Positions 63,531 through 64,000 of a DNA stretch of 64,000 nucleotides are shown here, one piece after another (position 1 is the stretch's first letter; each line of letters starts with the position of its first letter). The stretch covers positions 156,080 through 220,079 of the forward strand of contig NW_004797872.1 of NCBI RefSeq assembly GCF_000002075.1, in the 5' to 3' direction. The DNA is from Aplysia californica. Its lineage: Eukaryota. Below the pieces are notes generated by a model that ran no database searches, had not been told where the DNA came from, and was given only the letters and a program-made list of their open reading frames with translations. The translations under genes and the position numbers were made by a program.

Positions 63531-64000
63531 AACTGAGATCTGTGAAACCGCTGGATTTTCTTTCGTTTAGCCGAGTTTTCAATTTAGAGAGGTGGCTCAA
63601 ATTGGGGAAAAAAAGAAATCTGGGATTTTATTTTATTTTGGTTTTCTGCTGGTTTTGGATTAGAATCTCTAAGCTTGTTCTCTTTAAGCAGACTCCACTA
63701 TATGTTTTATGTACCTTTGCCATCATCAGGGTTCACAAAAGCAGTTTGTCGAGAAGCAGGCCACAGATTACTTTGACAGAGGATTCAAGTCTAGGAAAGC
63801 CCTCATGTACCAAGACCCAGAGCCTTAGCCAGTGAAGGAACCTACTCCCAAACCGCCATCAGCACCACGCTCCCAGTCATGGTTTTTCTGATGCTATTGC
63901 AATTATCAGTTGAGCAGTTGAAGTTCACGGTTTACTTTCTTCACCTGTTAAGTGATGGTAATGTCTGGTGTTTTATGAAGAAAATAGAAAATAACTGATT

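Overview
Intron-rich, AT-rich animal genomic DNA with three assembly gaps; probably a lophotrochozoan such as a mollusc, which is only an inference from repeat types. I reconstructed five spliced genes by hand: the 5' end of a CCDC17-like gene (-), complete TECR (+, 12 coding exons, 304 aa), complete CFAP57/WDR65 (-, 22 coding exons, 1209 aa), complete ALKBH7 (+, 4 exons, 319 aa) and the 5' part of NDUFB6 (+). They form two head-to-head pairs, each joining a cilia-associated gene with an RFX X-box to a metabolic gene. Introns hold tRNA-derived SINEs, RTE, L2 and RNase H-type LINE fragments, a full-length decayed mariner, and hAT-, MULE- and piggyBac-like non-autonomous elements. The most unusual structure is a 13-copy 90-bp tandem array built from the 3' part of TECR exon 8 plus its splice donor. 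Six copies carry a G>A change that creates an AG acceptor and so a potential in-frame 36-nt cassette exon. A near-perfect 137-bp palindrome lies between the convergent 3' ends of TECR and CFAP57.
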